64,000 nt of DNA, taken from contig OZ024758.1 in NCBI GenBank assembly GCA_964016885.1, positions 10,044,001 to 10,108,000 on the forward strand, given 5' to 3'. The notes below the pieces were generated by a model. That model saw nothing but the letters and a program-made list of their open reading frames with translations. It searched no databases and was not told the origin of the DNA. Position numbers and translations under genes: made by a program. This DNA is from Eledone cirrhosa (lineage: Eukaryota). Below, piece by piece: positions 1 through 13,602 of this stretch; position 1 is the stretch's first letter; every line of letters begins with the position of its first letter.

Positions 1-80
1 CTATATCATAGTTTATCTATCCATTTCTAGCGATTTGTTTATAGTTGCTTAACTGTCATTATTTATTATTGGCAGTGAAT

Positions 81-268
81 GGCAGTGAATTGGCAGTATC
101 GGTAGAGGGTTGGACGCCTTGCTTTCTAGCATAGTTACGTCCCTTTACAATCTGAGTTCAAATCCCGCCGAGGTTAACTTTGCCTTTCATCCTTACGGGG
201 TCGATAAAATAAAGTACCAGTAATGTACTGGGTAATTGCTGGCCTTGTGCCAAAAGTAAAAACAATTA
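81..268 (+). mobile_element. tRNA-derived SINE family A (~185 bp; central domain resembles the Meta/MESC domain)
   Basis: A box TGGCAGTATCGG, B box GAGTTCAAATCCC, core TTGCCTTTCATCCTTACGGGGTCGATAAAATAAAGTACCAG, tail GGCCTTGTGCCAAAAGTAGAAACAATT. More than 15 copies in the window. Confidence 0.85.
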
Positions 269-283
269 TTTATAATCTGTAGC

Positions 284-488
284 GGTGGATTGACAAAGGC
301 GGTGGATTGGCAATATCGGTAGACAGTCGGACGCCATGCTTTGCAGCAAAGATTTACGGCCCTTTGTGGTCTGAGTTCAAATCCCGCCAAGGTTAACTTT
401 GCCTTTCTTCCTTACAGGGTCGATAAAATAAAGTACCAGTAATGTACTGGATAATTTCTGGCCTTATGCCAAAAGTAGAAACAATTAC
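284..488 (+). mobile_element. SINE family A copy with target-site duplication
   Basis: Direct repeat TTATAATCTGTAGC at 270-283 and 489-502. Confidence 0.85.
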
Positions 489-2240
489 TTATAATCTGTA
501 GCTATTCTTAACTCTATCAACAACACAGTATTTTTGTTGCTTGCATATATATTTTCTATTTCTACATCGGCATTCATTTTTTTTTTTTTTTCTATTATAA
601 CAATCACTTTCCTGGATGTGTTTTATTCTAATTTTTGGTCACCTATCTTTTCTATTGGAAATCTCTGCTGTAATTGTTCTCAGTGCTACGTTCATTCATT
701 AATTCTGATCTGCCTTTATCCATTCAATAGATATGTTTAAACTGTCATGTTGTCTACTTTTGAGAGATGTTATAACATTCACATGGAATGCACTGAATAT
801 CTTTCATCGTTTTACTTCAGGCAGTTTCTCTCATTTTCTTTCGGTTTCCTCATAGGTCATCATTAGGATTATATTCAAATCAAGTAACAAACGTGCTTTC
901 AACAGGTTTCTTTCCTATTCATCAACATTTATTATCGTTTTGTTTTTTAATATATTTTTAAATTTTTCTTATTGGTTGCTGCTTCCAGAGTTTTTGCTCT
1001 TCTTCTTACAATTGACTCTTCTTTCAGGGCACTATTTGTGTGTGTGTGTTTGTTTGTTTGTTTTTCGGATTCCTTCTCAAGCTTTATGTAGTTCTCGTAC
1101 TGACAGTCAAGTTACTTATTCTATAATTTATTTATAACCATATATAAAAATGTTATCACATAGTGATAACTTTTTATATTTGGTTATAAATTATCTGCAT
1201 GTTCTCCATTCAATTATTTCTACACCAAGCGCACTTTTAAAAGTATATTTGATAGCTTCTGCTTTGTTGCTAGCTGTTTTATTGACCTATGCATTGGTTT
1301 CAGACCAGATTTAAGCGGCTTTTCTACGTTTTTCTTATTGCAAAATAGTTTATGAGGAAAAATCACAACACTATCTTCTCGCTGTTTTCATAAAGACATT
1401 TCTCTTCACAATCACTTTACGCCAATATGACCGATTCGCTGATTGTCCAGAGAGGTTTTTATGAAATTGAGATATCTTAAAGCACATACAAAGAAAAGAC
1501 TTTCCTTAAATATTTCTTTGTTGAACTTAATTTTCATTATGGAAAGTTCTATTACTAAAAACCTGCTTCAAATTCGGTGTTATTTGAGAAAGAGAAAATG
1601 TTCATCTTTGTCGAACGTCGAACAAAATATGATACCTATCCAACCAACTCCGCATCGGTACAAGTATCATTCTGATTGCCGTTAAATCTATTATATCCTC
1701 TTCCCTTTTTTAAATAATAGCCATATTATATCCCGAGTTTTAGATATTGCCTCTTATTATATAAAGTTTATATACGGCTATTACACTTTAGTATTTCAAA
1801 TACAAATATACACCCATGTGAATGGTTATACGCGACGTTTGGGTGCAAAATTATTGAAGAAACAGGGAAAATGGCGGCAACTATTAAAATGTATAACCCA
1901 TGCGTGTAGTAGGAAAATTACCGAGAAGCCAGTAACAAGACGATTTGCTACATATGTAAACCCCATCCCCAACGCTTTTGGTAAATCTTTTTAATTATGT
2001 CCCTTTATCTGTCGTCGATGTGGCAATAATAATAAAAAAGATTATTATTATTATTATTATCGTTTGGGGGGAATTTTTGTTGGATTTTTTTTTTTATTTG
2101 TTTTTACACATTTCTATCTTCTTGTTATAACCTTTTTACACGGCCAAAACCCACTTTGTATCGTCCTGTACCGTTCTGTGCAGTCTGTAATGTTTATCTT
2201 TCGTGTCAGCCCTTGTGGCCAATAAAGAAACTATTATTAT

Positions 2241-2396
2241 GCAGTATCGGTAGAGAGTCGGACGCCATGCTTTCCAGCATAGTTACGTCCCTTTACGGTC
2301 TGAGTTCAAATCCCGCTGAGGTTCACTTTGCCTTTCATCCTTACGGGGTCGATAAATAAAGTACCAGTAATGCACTGGAGTAAGTAGAAACAATTA
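2241..2396 (+). mobile_element. SINE family A copy
   Basis: Same head and core; an older diverged copy follows at ~2405-2580. Confidence 0.8.
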
Positions 2397-2581
2397 TTAA
2401 AGACATTGGATTATCAGAATCGTTCCGGCTCTTTACATTCTGAGATCAAATTCCACTGAGATCAACTTTGATTTTCATCATTTCGCGGTCGATAAAATAA
2501 AGTACTGGAGCAGATCAGATAAAATCGAATTTACCCTTCCCCAAAATTTCTGGGCTTGTGTTAATTTTAGAAAGAATTATT

Positions 2582-2727
2582 ATTGTTGTCGTTGTCATCG
2601 TCGTCGTCGTCGTCGTCGTTGTTGTTGTTGTTGTTGTTGTTGTCGTCGTCGTCGTTGTTGTTGTTGTTGTTGCTGTTGCTGTTGTTGTTGCTGTTGCTGT
2701 TGTTGTTGCTGTTGTTGTTGCTGTTGT
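2582..2727. repeat. (GTT/GTC/GCT)n microsatellite
   Basis: Seen directly. Other simple repeats: (TA)n at 9697, 13248, 29588; (TG)n at 9931; (TAC)n at 24940. Confidence 0.95.
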
Positions 2728-3047
2728 AATCATCATTGAATCATTGGCAGAAATGTATTAACAGTAATTTCTGAAACTATTAAGTTTGCATGTTAGACTT
2801 CGAAATATAGAAGTAAATTATAGCCTTAATACAACCTTTTTCAATTTCTATCGATTTTTCTCCAATTAATATCAACATGGAATTCTTGATTTTAATAAAC
2901 CCCAGAATTACATTTTTGAATAAATAAAAAAACTTATTGATTGCAAAATTTTTAGTGTAACCAATTTATTTTGTCCTCTGATAAATTGCATTTACTTACC
3001 AAATTATGGCAGACGGTGTTAAAATTATATCCCCGAACCGTCTGTAA

Positions 3048-3152
3048 TAATTGTTTCTATTTTTGGCACAAGGCCAGCAATTACCCAGTACATTACTGGT
3101 ACTTTATTTTATCGACCCCGTAAGGATGAAAGGCAAAGTTAACCTCGGCGAG
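3048..3152 (-). mobile_element. SINE family A, 5'-truncated
   Basis: Reverse complement of the core and tail. Confidence 0.8.
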
Positions 3153-3883
3153 CGTAAGATTACATCCGAAATACTTAATGATCAGTAATATTTTCTTTGT
3201 GTGTATGTGTGGGGGGGGGGGGCATGTGTGTGTGTGTTTGTGTGTGTAACACCTGCTCTGTCCCAGAAATACGAACAATACTCAATTGTGGAGCACTTCA
3301 GTACCTTAAATAATATCACTAGCTGTTCATACCCTGGCCCTGGAGAGATAACCTATCATTTAAAACGATGTGCTGATTAAGTCCTATTGGTGTGGCCGGT
3401 GAGAGCAATAATCAATGAGTAGAATGCCTAAAACTTAGCTAGTAGCCGCAACTGAAATAAGACGGCAGAGAAAACTGCAGATTCATATTGATTTTTCGAA
3501 AGAGGTGAGAAATGTAGGAGGGTTAAAGGATAAATTTGAGCTGTAACTTTATCTCTTACGAATTCACGTCCGCCCGAAGTAGAAATCAGGTAACTGTCTA
3601 ACGTTTGCCAATCTGACATGCGAATTACAGTTTTATTTAAATAACAAAATTAGTTTGACATAGCAACAAAGTTATTATATCAAACTAATGTCAAATAGAG
3701 TTATGACCACTAAGTACTTTAGTCTTCCTAATCTTTGAACATTGCTCACACTGGATACATATGTAGAAATTAATCAGCACATCTTAAATGATGGGCCAAA
3801 TAATCTTCGAGACGGGTAAACTGACTAAATAGACTCCAGTATTTGACTGGTATTTTATCTTTTCAATCCAGAAATAATCTTTA

Positions 3884-4200
3884 TCTACTATATAAATGGC
3901 AATTTCTGTCTGGTTCTGTATCTGTGTATAACCAGTTGGCGCCTACACCAGTGATCCGATCCTGATGAAACTTTACACACATGTTAAGCTAATATTCAGA
4001 AACAGGACTGGCTATTTGGATTTCATTAAAATTTAATAATGGAACCCCTGAGAACATCTTTACAATGGAGGAGGAAAGAGAAGACGTTTCAGTGAGAGAG
4101 AGGGAAGAGGAGATACTACGACGGTATGTTAAACCCTCCCTCCCACTACTCCTCTTCCTCCTCTCACAACTCAGTCCTCCAAAACGAGGCAACAACTTAT
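3884..4200 (+). mobile_element. 5' part of a Helitron-like element
   Basis: TCTACTATATAAATGG...CTGTCTG...CCGATCCTGATGAAACTTTACACAC; no 3' end identified. Confidence 0.4.
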
Positions 4201-4219
4201 TAGAAATATACAAATAAAT

Positions 4220-4742
4220 CTTCCTCTCTGCCGTTCTCCTCCCTCTCTGTCGTTCCCCCTTCTCTCGTTCCCCCTTTTCTTTGGTGGTTTAATGCTCTCC
4301 CCTCTTTCTCGTTCTCCTCTCTCTCTCTCTCGTTCTCCCCTCTCTCTCGTTCTTCCCTTTCTCTCATTCTCCCATCTCTCTCGTTCTCCCCTCTTTCTCG
4401 TTCTCCCTTCTCCTCTCGTTCTCCCATCTCTCTCGTTCTCCCCTCTCTCTCTCTCTCGTTCTCCCTTCTCCTCTCGTTCTCCCCTCTCTCTCGTTCTCCC
4501 TTCTCCTCTAGTTCTCCCCTCTCTGTCTTTCTCCCATCTCTCTCGTTCTCCCCTCTCTGTCGTTCTCGCTCTCTGTTATTTCCCCCTCTCTCTCGTTCTC
4601 CCATCTCTGTTGTTCTCCCCTCTCTCTCGTTCTCCTCTCTTTGTCGTTCTCCCCTCTTTCTCGTTCTCCTTGCTCTGTCGCCCACCTCTCTCTTTCTCTC
4701 GTTCTCCCCTTTCTCTCGTTCTCCTCTCTCCTTCGTTCTCAT
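4220..4742. repeat. CT-rich low-complexity tandem repeat (CTCTCGTTCTCCC units)
   Basis: Seen directly. Confidence 0.9.
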
Positions 4743-6140
4743 GCTCCATTGATTTTTCTTTCTCTCTATACATCTGTTCATATGGACTTCCGTCTTCCTT
4801 TTTATTATTTTATTATTGCACTATTAGATTTCACCTGCAAGAAAAACAAAACTCAACTAAAATTAATAAAATATCATTCATGTAGAATCATTTTTAATTC
4901 CGCGGGAGATTTATTGCATCGAATACTTTCGTTGGAGAAAAGAAAAAAACAAAAATATAATAAAATTTCGCAAAATAACTTTTCGAATAATAGAATTTGG
5001 AAGAAAAATAAAAAGGAATATCGCATGTTATAGAACTATTTTCATTAAGGATTTATTCATAATATCTATAATTTGCTAAATTCCAATGACGTAATCAGTT
5101 CCACTTTCTCCGCCTCATTTTCATGAACTTTTCTCACTTTCTCAAATTTTTGTTTTGGCTTAAATACGTAGAGCCGATAAATAGTAATTAAATATTGCGT
5201 GTAATTGCTGGCTTAAAATTAACAAATAGACATTAATTATTAGTTGTAGAGTTAGAGATGTTCAATACTAAATAGTTTTAAAGATGTATTTTCTAGTCGA
5301 AAATTAAAATTATGGATTTATATAGAAGATACGTCATTTATGTTAAGTAATTTGGGAGATCGATAAACAAATGTTCACAATTTGAACCACAGATTTAACA
5401 CTAATTTTATGTTATTTATCGGTCACCAAATTTTATGTGATACGGAGGTCGACTGAAAAGTTCATATACTGGTCAAGATACTCTCATGGAATAGCCAAAT
5501 GAGGTTTATTTTTCAATATAGTCCCTGGAAAGAAAGAATGCAAAAGTGAGAATAACGATTTGTAAGTGAGTACACACATCTTCAAAGTGAGAATAGCGTG
5601 TCAACTTTGCCTTTCACCTTACGATGTCGATAAAATAAAGTACAAATTTCGATTTTATAAACCATACTTTCCATCCAAATGTGTTCCGATTCAAGCTTAA
5701 TGCTGTCTTCTTTTATGTATAAATATTTTATAACCATTATTGGTTTGCTCATTATATTAATAAACAGTCTAATGTTTATAGAAAGAAAATTTATTCTATG
5801 CAAAATTTATCTTAGAAAAGTCAATTTCTTTCTAAATAGATGTCATGTTTTGGTTTATTGTTAGGATTTGCATTTAGTGTTTTGATGGGTGCATTAAAAT
5901 TTAAACACAAAATATTTACATATAAGTGATAAGGTCTTTTAACGGTATTTTGAAGCGATTATAGTAAGTTGGAGTTACCATAACAAAGGTAATTTAAGAT
6001 TTCATAGAAGGTTACAAAAGCTCTATTGTGGTGTGTTTACGCTAATGGTTTTAGAGGTGAACGTGACAGTACATAGTTGGCTCTATGGAGAGAAACATTA
6101 ACTACTGAGTGTGTGTATTATGTAAGTTATATATATGTAT

Positions 6141-6763
6141 ATGCTTTCTAGCATAGTTACGTCCCTTTACAGTCTGAGTTCAAATCCCGCCGAGGTTAAC
6201 TTTGCCTTTCATCCTTACGTAATCTACTGGGTAATTGCTGGCCTTGTGCCAAAAGTAGAAACAATTATTTTGTATAATAGCGGGGGATTGGCAGTATCAG
6301 TAGAAGGTCGGACACCATGCTTTGAAGCATAGAGTTACGTCCCTTTACGGTCTGAGTTCAAATCCCGCCGAGGTTAACTTTGCCTTTCATCCTTACGGGG
6401 TCGATAAAATAAAGTACCAGTAATGTACTGGGTAATTGCTGGCCTTGTGCCTAAAGTAGAAACAATTATTATTTCTGAATGTAAGGGCGGTTGATTGGCA
6501 GTATGGGTAGAACGTCGGACGACAGGCTTTATGGTATTGAGTTACGGTCCTTTACGTTCTGAGTTCAAATTCGGCTGAGGAAAGGAATTGTGGATTGGCA
6601 GTATCGGTAGAGGGTCGCACGCCATGCTTTGCAGCATAGTCACGTCCCTTTACGATCTGAGTTCAAATCCCGCCGAGGTTGACTGTGCCTTTCATTCTTA
6701 CGGGGGTCGATAAAATAAAGTACTGGGAAATTGCTGGCCTTGTGCCTAAAGTAGAAACAATTA
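6141..6763 (+). mobile_element. Head-to-tail cluster of four SINE family A copies
   Basis: Copies at ~6141-6269 (internal deletion), 6280-6469, 6485-6580 (partial) and 6590-6763. Confidence 0.85.
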
Positions 6764-7160
6764 TTTCTTTCAAGTCACGTGGAGACAAAGCATCTCGACC
6801 AGACACTTTACCGTCTTAAAAACTGAATACCTTTAATCAAAAATCTGTTCGGTCATGACTGACTTGGAACTAAACAACAGCAGCGGTTATAACTATCATC
6901 ATTACTAGCACTACTATAATCATTAAGATATTACTGTCATCTTGATTCAAGATGTCTTGTGATAACAAAAATCTATATACTACGCACTTTGTTTTATCGC
7001 TTCCAAGTCAAATATCCATACATAGCAATTAGCATTATAATGTTTTGTTTTAAACCACTCTAGTTTTGTCAGATCTTACATAAACGTAAATTCTGACGTA
7101 TAAAAATGAACTAGCACAATAACAGTTATTGTAATTAAGTAACGTTATAAGCGCCATTAA

Positions 7161-7366
7161 GGGCGGTGGATTGGCAGCAAGGGCGGTGGATTGGCAGTAT
7201 CGGTAGAGAGTCGGACGCCATGCTTTCCAGCATAGTTACGTCCCATTACGAACTGAGTTCAAATCCCGCCGAGGTTGACTTTGCCTTTCATCCTTACGGG
7301 GTCGATAAAATAAAGTACCAGTAATGCACTGGGGTAATTGCTGGCCTTGTGCCTAAAGTAGAAACA
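7161..7366 (+). mobile_element. SINE family A, full length, duplicated 5' end, 17-bp target-site duplication
   Basis: GTTATAAG(C/T)GCCATTAA at 7144-7160 and 7367-7383. Confidence 0.9.
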
Positions 7367-9678
7367 GTTATAAGTGCCATTAACTCCTGACGGAGTCGCG
7401 GAGGGTGCCGTCTGGAGAAGGTTTAGGATATTTTAAATCTAGAGGATCTCTTATCTCTGCAGATCGAAACATAGTCGATGGCTTCTAGTGGAAGAAAGAG
7501 AGAAAAAGCGATAAAGAGATAGAGGAAGAATCGACCACAATACTAGACTGGTACTTAATCTGCGGGATTTAAACGCACCGCGCAGTGAAAGGACAGCAAT
7601 GTCTTCAGCTGTAGCGAAACTACATCTAGCCAAGCTCTGTAACTGACACTCTCATGGACACGATAAGAACAATAACAACAACAAAAAGAGCAAAATCTAT
7701 TTGCAGAGCGTTTCTTCTTTGCTCTCAGCTTTGATATGTCTGTCTCACATGCCCCTACCATATCTATCTTCAGCACAACATATATTCATTTTTGTTTAAA
7801 ATAGCTGTTGATACGCCATTGCTATGTAAAAATTGTAATTATGTACAGACAGTACAAAAAGAATTATCATTTCTTTCCAGTTAAAGATGGCGATAAAAAC
7901 ATTTCGAGCTGACAAAGGATTACGAATCAAGGACGGAGCTTTTAAGTGATCGCTTGACCCGCTAGAAATAGTAATAAAATATCTTTCAAACGAAAACCCG
8001 TCTTTTTAAAAGAATGCATTAAAATATGCTCCTATATACCCCAAGAAAAGAAAAAGAAAGCGTGATTCCGACTAGAATGCCTTTGATCATGGGTGTGCTT
8101 CATCGGGGTTTACCTAGGGTTTAAAAAACAATAAAAACAAAGACAACATTTCAAGTTAAATGTTTTTTCCTGTTTTATTGTCATTTAAAATAGTTACAAC
8201 GAGGGTTTTAAAAGCTGCGGGACTCCTAATGGTTATACATGTCTAATTCACTTCTAATCTTTGAACGTATTTACAGACTATTACATTTATGTCTGTTGTT
8301 ATTTTACTCTATTATGGCGCAAGGCCATGCTGGGGCGTCAGTTCACTCACCTGGAAATGAGTATGAGAAACATCAGCCATACCTGGAGTGTTAACATTGC
8401 GATAATTGGCGTCTGGTACGTTCGGTCGCTTAACTCAATGTTAAACCGTATTAAGCTCCATTTTGATGAGTCTGAAGGCTCAAGATAGTCTTTAAATTCA
8501 ACTTAATATTTGTATCATCAATTTGTTTTCCAATCATGGTTCTAAAGTCTGTTTTCACTATTCCATACGAACATGTCCATAGAAATGAAAATGCAGCCGT
8601 TTTTTGTTTGTTTGCTTGTATGTTTTTTTTTTGTTTTGTTTTTTACCGCTCAGTTAGGGAAGGAAGGGCAGCGCCCACAAGCCTTTTCTTTATTTTTAAG
8701 AACCTCCATGGTAATAAGAAAGGGGAAAGTCTTGTTCAAATTGGAGATCTGGCGCGAATATTTCTAACAGAATGAAATCTTATAAATCTGCACTCAAAGA
8801 CCAGGTAGTCGTCTTAAACTGAGCGACAAATGAAGTCTACCAATAAAATAGAACAGAAAGAGCTGGAATGATCACCGCGTTCTACTTCGTTCGACGCTCT
8901 AACAAATCCGCCACACCACCGCCCGCCTTAAATTGGTACTTTATTTATTGAGCTCGAATGGGTGAAAGTCAAAGTTGACCTTGTTGGAATTTGAAGTAAG
9001 AGTTCAGGAAGTCGGGACAAAGATCAATTTGTACTATGCTCTTACGACTATACCAATGTGTTGCCTTTACGTCTTAATTGCACTTTGATGTTAGTTAGCT
9101 AAATTTTTCAATACGTGTAAGCTAGCGGTTCGGACAGCGACTATAATTAATTTGTTTTTTATATGCAAACAATTTAAATGAATAATTGTTGTTTATTTAT
9201 TTTAATTTTTAAAAAAACATTTTCTTTGATAAAAGAGACGTTTGACGAAGAGTCATGGGCCTGTCAAAATACTGACTTATGGTCTAATAGAAACATCACT
9301 AAAAACAATTACATTCTGTGTAGTTAGAACGGAAATAAAAAGGTAATCATTTACTCTGATTTGGAAACGGTGAAACTTCGCTGCAATTAGTGCGAGAGTG
9401 ATTACAAAATAACCTGTTATTATGGTAAAAATGTTTATACTGTCAAAATCTGTGTGAAATGCCTGCAGGGTGCGAGACGTAGTTATTCTTCGACTTGAAA
9501 TCAATAATGTAGCAATGCAATTAAATGTTAAAACGAAATGAATAATCAAAAGATAACAAATGATCTGCCAAGATTTTGCGGAAATAACTATATTTAGGAA
9601 TTCAGAAATACTCAAATTAGACCAATAATATACGCACAATCGTTTAACTGGTGCATACACATACGGACACACAGATTT

Positions 9679-9761
<83 letters not shown>

Positions 9762-9847
9762 TGTGTATATATGTAAATATATAATCATATATATGTAAAT
9801 ATATATAAATATATATATTAGTCTTTTACCTTAAATTTATTTAAATA

Positions 9848-9885
9848 TCCTTAATTTTCGAGATAATATCTCTTCTTCGGAAGGA
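9848..9885 (-). ncRNA. Degenerate hammerhead-like motif
   Basis: Minus strand TCCTT-CCGAAGA-a-GAGAT att ATCTC-GAAA-ATT-AAGGA, then AATAAA. Core has a T>C change. Lies between (TA)n and (TG)n. Confidence 0.4.
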
Positions 9886-9926
9886 AGTAAAGTGGTTAAT
9901 CCAGTGTTCTAATTAGACACACACAA

Positions 9927-10013
<87 letters not shown>

Positions 10014-10224
10014 TGATGGTAGCTAAGATGCTTCCATAGGCGGTATATGCCGGTTGAGCACTCTATGCTCTTGCAGAGCAGAGTATGATGTAATATAAAA
10101 CGAAAATCAGTGATGCATCTAAACTCAATTTATTGTGTGTTACAATTGTTTCGCCGGCGGACAGCTCGAGACGCGATCATTGTGTGGATCTGTCTGATTC
10201 TGGACCCGCAGGTTCGACGGACAC

Positions 10225-10632
10225 GTCTAATGATTTCGGAGCATATTCTCTCACCAGCAAGCATGTCTTTTGAAGTGTTCCAAAAAACGGGGCTGGACTA
10301 ATCTTCTTTAACCATCCTTGGAAACTCCTTGGGATAGTACCTAGTGCTCCCATGACAATCGGGATGACCTTGATCTCATGACATTCCCAAATCCTTTTTA
10401 ACTCCCACTTTAAGTCCTGGTATCGGTTAATTTCTCCCCCTCTCCTTCTCTTGCATTCTCGTGCCAAATGGGCAAGCTACATCTACAATCAGTCACGATC
10501 TTTTTTCCTTGTCAAAAACCACCAGGTCAGGCCTGTTGTGTTCTAATTTCTTGTCCATCTGTATCCTAAAATCCTATAGCACCTTCACTTGATCGTTTTC
10601 TATCACCGACTCTGGCTTATGCTCATACCACT
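10225..10632 (-). mobile_element. R4/Dong-type non-LTR retrotransposon, 3' fragment (restriction-like endonuclease)
   Basis: WYEHKPESVIEND.VKVL*DFRIQMDKKLEHNRPDLVVFDKE...IVDVACP, then after a frameshift EINRYQDLKWELKRIW...VIPIVMGALGTIP. Confidence 0.85.
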
Positions 10633-11394
10633 AAACTAAAGTTTAAGCAAAGAACTACATATATATGAGTACATGCCTTATGCACTTGCACATACACACA
10701 CACACTCGGAATTGTATAGTTTGAACTACTAGAAATAGCAACAACATCTCCTTCAAATCATACTTTAAGTATCACGGACGCTTAGCATAATGTACTCCTA
10801 GATACACTAGGTTTTAATTAATAACCAAAAAAAGCTTGGTCACGGATGGAATACTTTTGAGCATACGCTTGCTGCTTGATCTGAGGATAAACAACAGCAT
10901 CAAAAGAACAAAGCACTGTAGAGCTAACAGCGTTCTTATCAAATCCACCATCGAAAATGTCTTCAGAAAGAACGGTCTAAGCCATATCAACCATCTTTAC
11001 TACATGAAAGCGAGAAATTAAGCAGCTACACCTCATACTCTATTACCCACAGAAATGGTACAGAGTCATATTCTAGGTCATGCATTTTATTTTATCTATT
11101 CTGGTGCCTTACAGCTTTTAGTTCAAATCCTTCAGGCTATCGAATCTTCCTTTCATCTTTGCAGAATCGATAAATATCATTTAAATCTCATTAAACCACG
11201 ATATTGATTTCTCACATGAACACGCAGTCTCAGAATCATTTAGTGGGAAATCATTAAAAAGAAGTGTGTAACGTTGGTATCTTTGTTAAGATCAATGTGT
11301 ATCATAAGAGTGCTTTTAATCGGAAAGCATACCAATGTCAAGTGTTTGGCGACCATGTGCTTACTTGTTACTCGACGGCACCCATCTTTGCTTA

Positions 11395-12405
11395 AACGTT
11401 AATCTATTTATCCACCACTTACAAAGTTTTAATATCTATTTTCATGGAGAAAACATGAATTTATGAAAGAAAACAATCTTTTCCATATCGAGCAAAAAGG
11501 TTACCGACGAGGTCCATATGGATGTAATGATCGACTCTTAATCGTATCATCCTTGAGAACTGTCATGACAAACGCAGAAATCTCAGTTGCATATAGATTG
11601 ATTACAAAGAGACTTTTGACAGTATACCGCACTCATGGATTCTTAAATCACTGGACACCTTCAAAATGTTTCCTGTAATTTCAAACTTCCTGAAACATAA
11701 TATGTCATTGTGGAACACGAATCTCCAATTATATCGATCCAATGGATTGATATAATGTTTAAACAATAATAGCATCAATGGTGGTATTTTCTAAGGTGAC
11801 TAACTTTCACCTCTAATTTTTTGCATAGCTCTAATACACCTTACAATCGAACTTATCAGAACAAAGTAAGGATATAAAATTGACAACAGTAAATTAGCCA
11901 TCTATTTCATATGGATTTAAAACTATATAAGACAATAATGAGATATTTTATATGAATGTCCTAAAACTATATGACAAAGGCAATGATGGGCCATCATTAT
12001 CTGGAGGATTTTATGCTGATAAGTGTTCCATGGCCACTTTCAAGAAAGGGGAGTTGATAAACTCAAATTCAATCGAATTAGATATTGAAACAGCTATACA
12101 AGAACTTGAGCAGGAACAAGCCAATAAATACCTAGGTATAAATGAAGGCTATGACATTCAGCATACAAACATGAAAGGGAAAATAAGGAAAGAATCTTTT
12201 AGATTACAAACTGTTCTGGATTCTGAGCTAAATGCACATAACAAGATGTTAGCTATAAATTCCTTAGCAATTGCAGTTGTTAGTTATAGTTTCAATGTGT
12301 TAAACTGGAATATTAGTGAAATAAAGAGAATTGACACAAAAATTCGTAAGTTGCTGACTTATAATAAGATGTACCGCCCATAGCCAGATGTAGATCGTCT
12401 TTACT
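11395..12405 (+). mobile_element. R4/Dong-type non-LTR retrotransposon, degenerate reverse transcriptase fragment
   Basis: EQKGYRRG.YGC.D.LLI, IDYK..FDSIPHSWI, GIF*GD*LSPLIF, SHLFHMD, KYLGINE, ELNAHNKMLAINSLAIAVVSYSF, DVDRLY. Many frameshifts. Confidence 0.85.
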
Positions 12406-13246
12406 GTCAAACCTCCCAACCATATGATTATCTCTAGATACAATTTAGAATAGTTTTAACTGCAAAATTATTTAGCGGCAAGATTAAATATATTTTTCAC
12501 ATAAATTAATTATTTCTCAGAAGCCAACCCAAATTAGATTTATTTCCCAAACTCTGTCGTAATCCTGCTATAGTCGTTTGGTAACCTTTACACCTCATCC
12601 ACCATCACCACCTTACATTATTCAGTGTTCAACATTTTCTTCTCATTATCAATTACAGAGTTTTTTTTTTCTATTTGTCTTTTGTTTTGTTTTTTCTTTT
12701 TTCAGATCATTTTTCAATAAATCTCGGCACAACCCTATTGACACTGCATCTTTCATTCGCACACAACATGACGCAATAATATCGATTTCATCCGACGCAA
12801 ACAGAAACAGAAACAGAATCTTGATTTCAAATAGCGAGCGCACTCCTCGTGTATTCCAGCTATTAATTAATCATCGATTTATCTAGAAAGGGAATGTGTC
12901 GGGGTTGGGTGTGTGTGTGTGGGGGGGGGGGGGGGGGGGTAATGTTACCTTTCGCCAATCCTAGTCAACATCGTGCTTTCAAAAGGAAGCTGATATTTAA
13001 TACTGAGTGAACACATCGAAAGCTGATACTGTACATTAACAATAACGAGAAAGCTGAGATTAGGAAGGTTCGCGAGATATTCCAAAGCAAGTGAAGATAT
13101 AGAGAAAACAATTGTGAATTTTAGTTTATTAAAATATTTTTGTTATACTTCATTCCTACAAACGTTCAAAGTGTTAAGATGTTCTTCAACATTGCTAATG
13201 TTTAAAAATAACAATGCAGGTGATCGAGAGAGTTATGGTATGTTTC

Positions 13247-13320
<74 letters not shown>

Positions 13321-13602
13321 CAGTGGAGCCCAGCGTTGCATGGGATTGGAGAAATTAAACTTCAAAAGTGTAGTACAACGTATAAATAATAAATCAAATA
13401 TGTTTGTGAGTTGCGCACATGGAGCGGAAACATAGGTTGCAGTTTGTGCCCTACTTCTTTGGTGAAAAAAATAAACCAGTAACACCCGGTGTTATTGTTG
13501 CTAACCGTTGGCGGGGGATTTTTCAATAAATCCGTTCTGATTCTTTTTCACCAATTAAGCTTTTTCTGGTACAACCGATGTCTTATGAAATGCGCCCTTT
13601 AT

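Noticed and set aside
3962-3975. CTGATGA followed by AAC as a hammerhead core
   Set aside because: No stem II or separate GAAA; part of a Helitron-like 5' motif.
4200-5033. Glu/Arg-rich and Ser/Leu/Pro-rich ORFs
   Set aside because: CT-rich low-complexity repeat.
10225-12405. R4-type endonuclease and RT fragments as one element
   Set aside because: Opposite strands, diverging orientation, separated by ~760 bp of unrelated sequence; treated as separate insertions.
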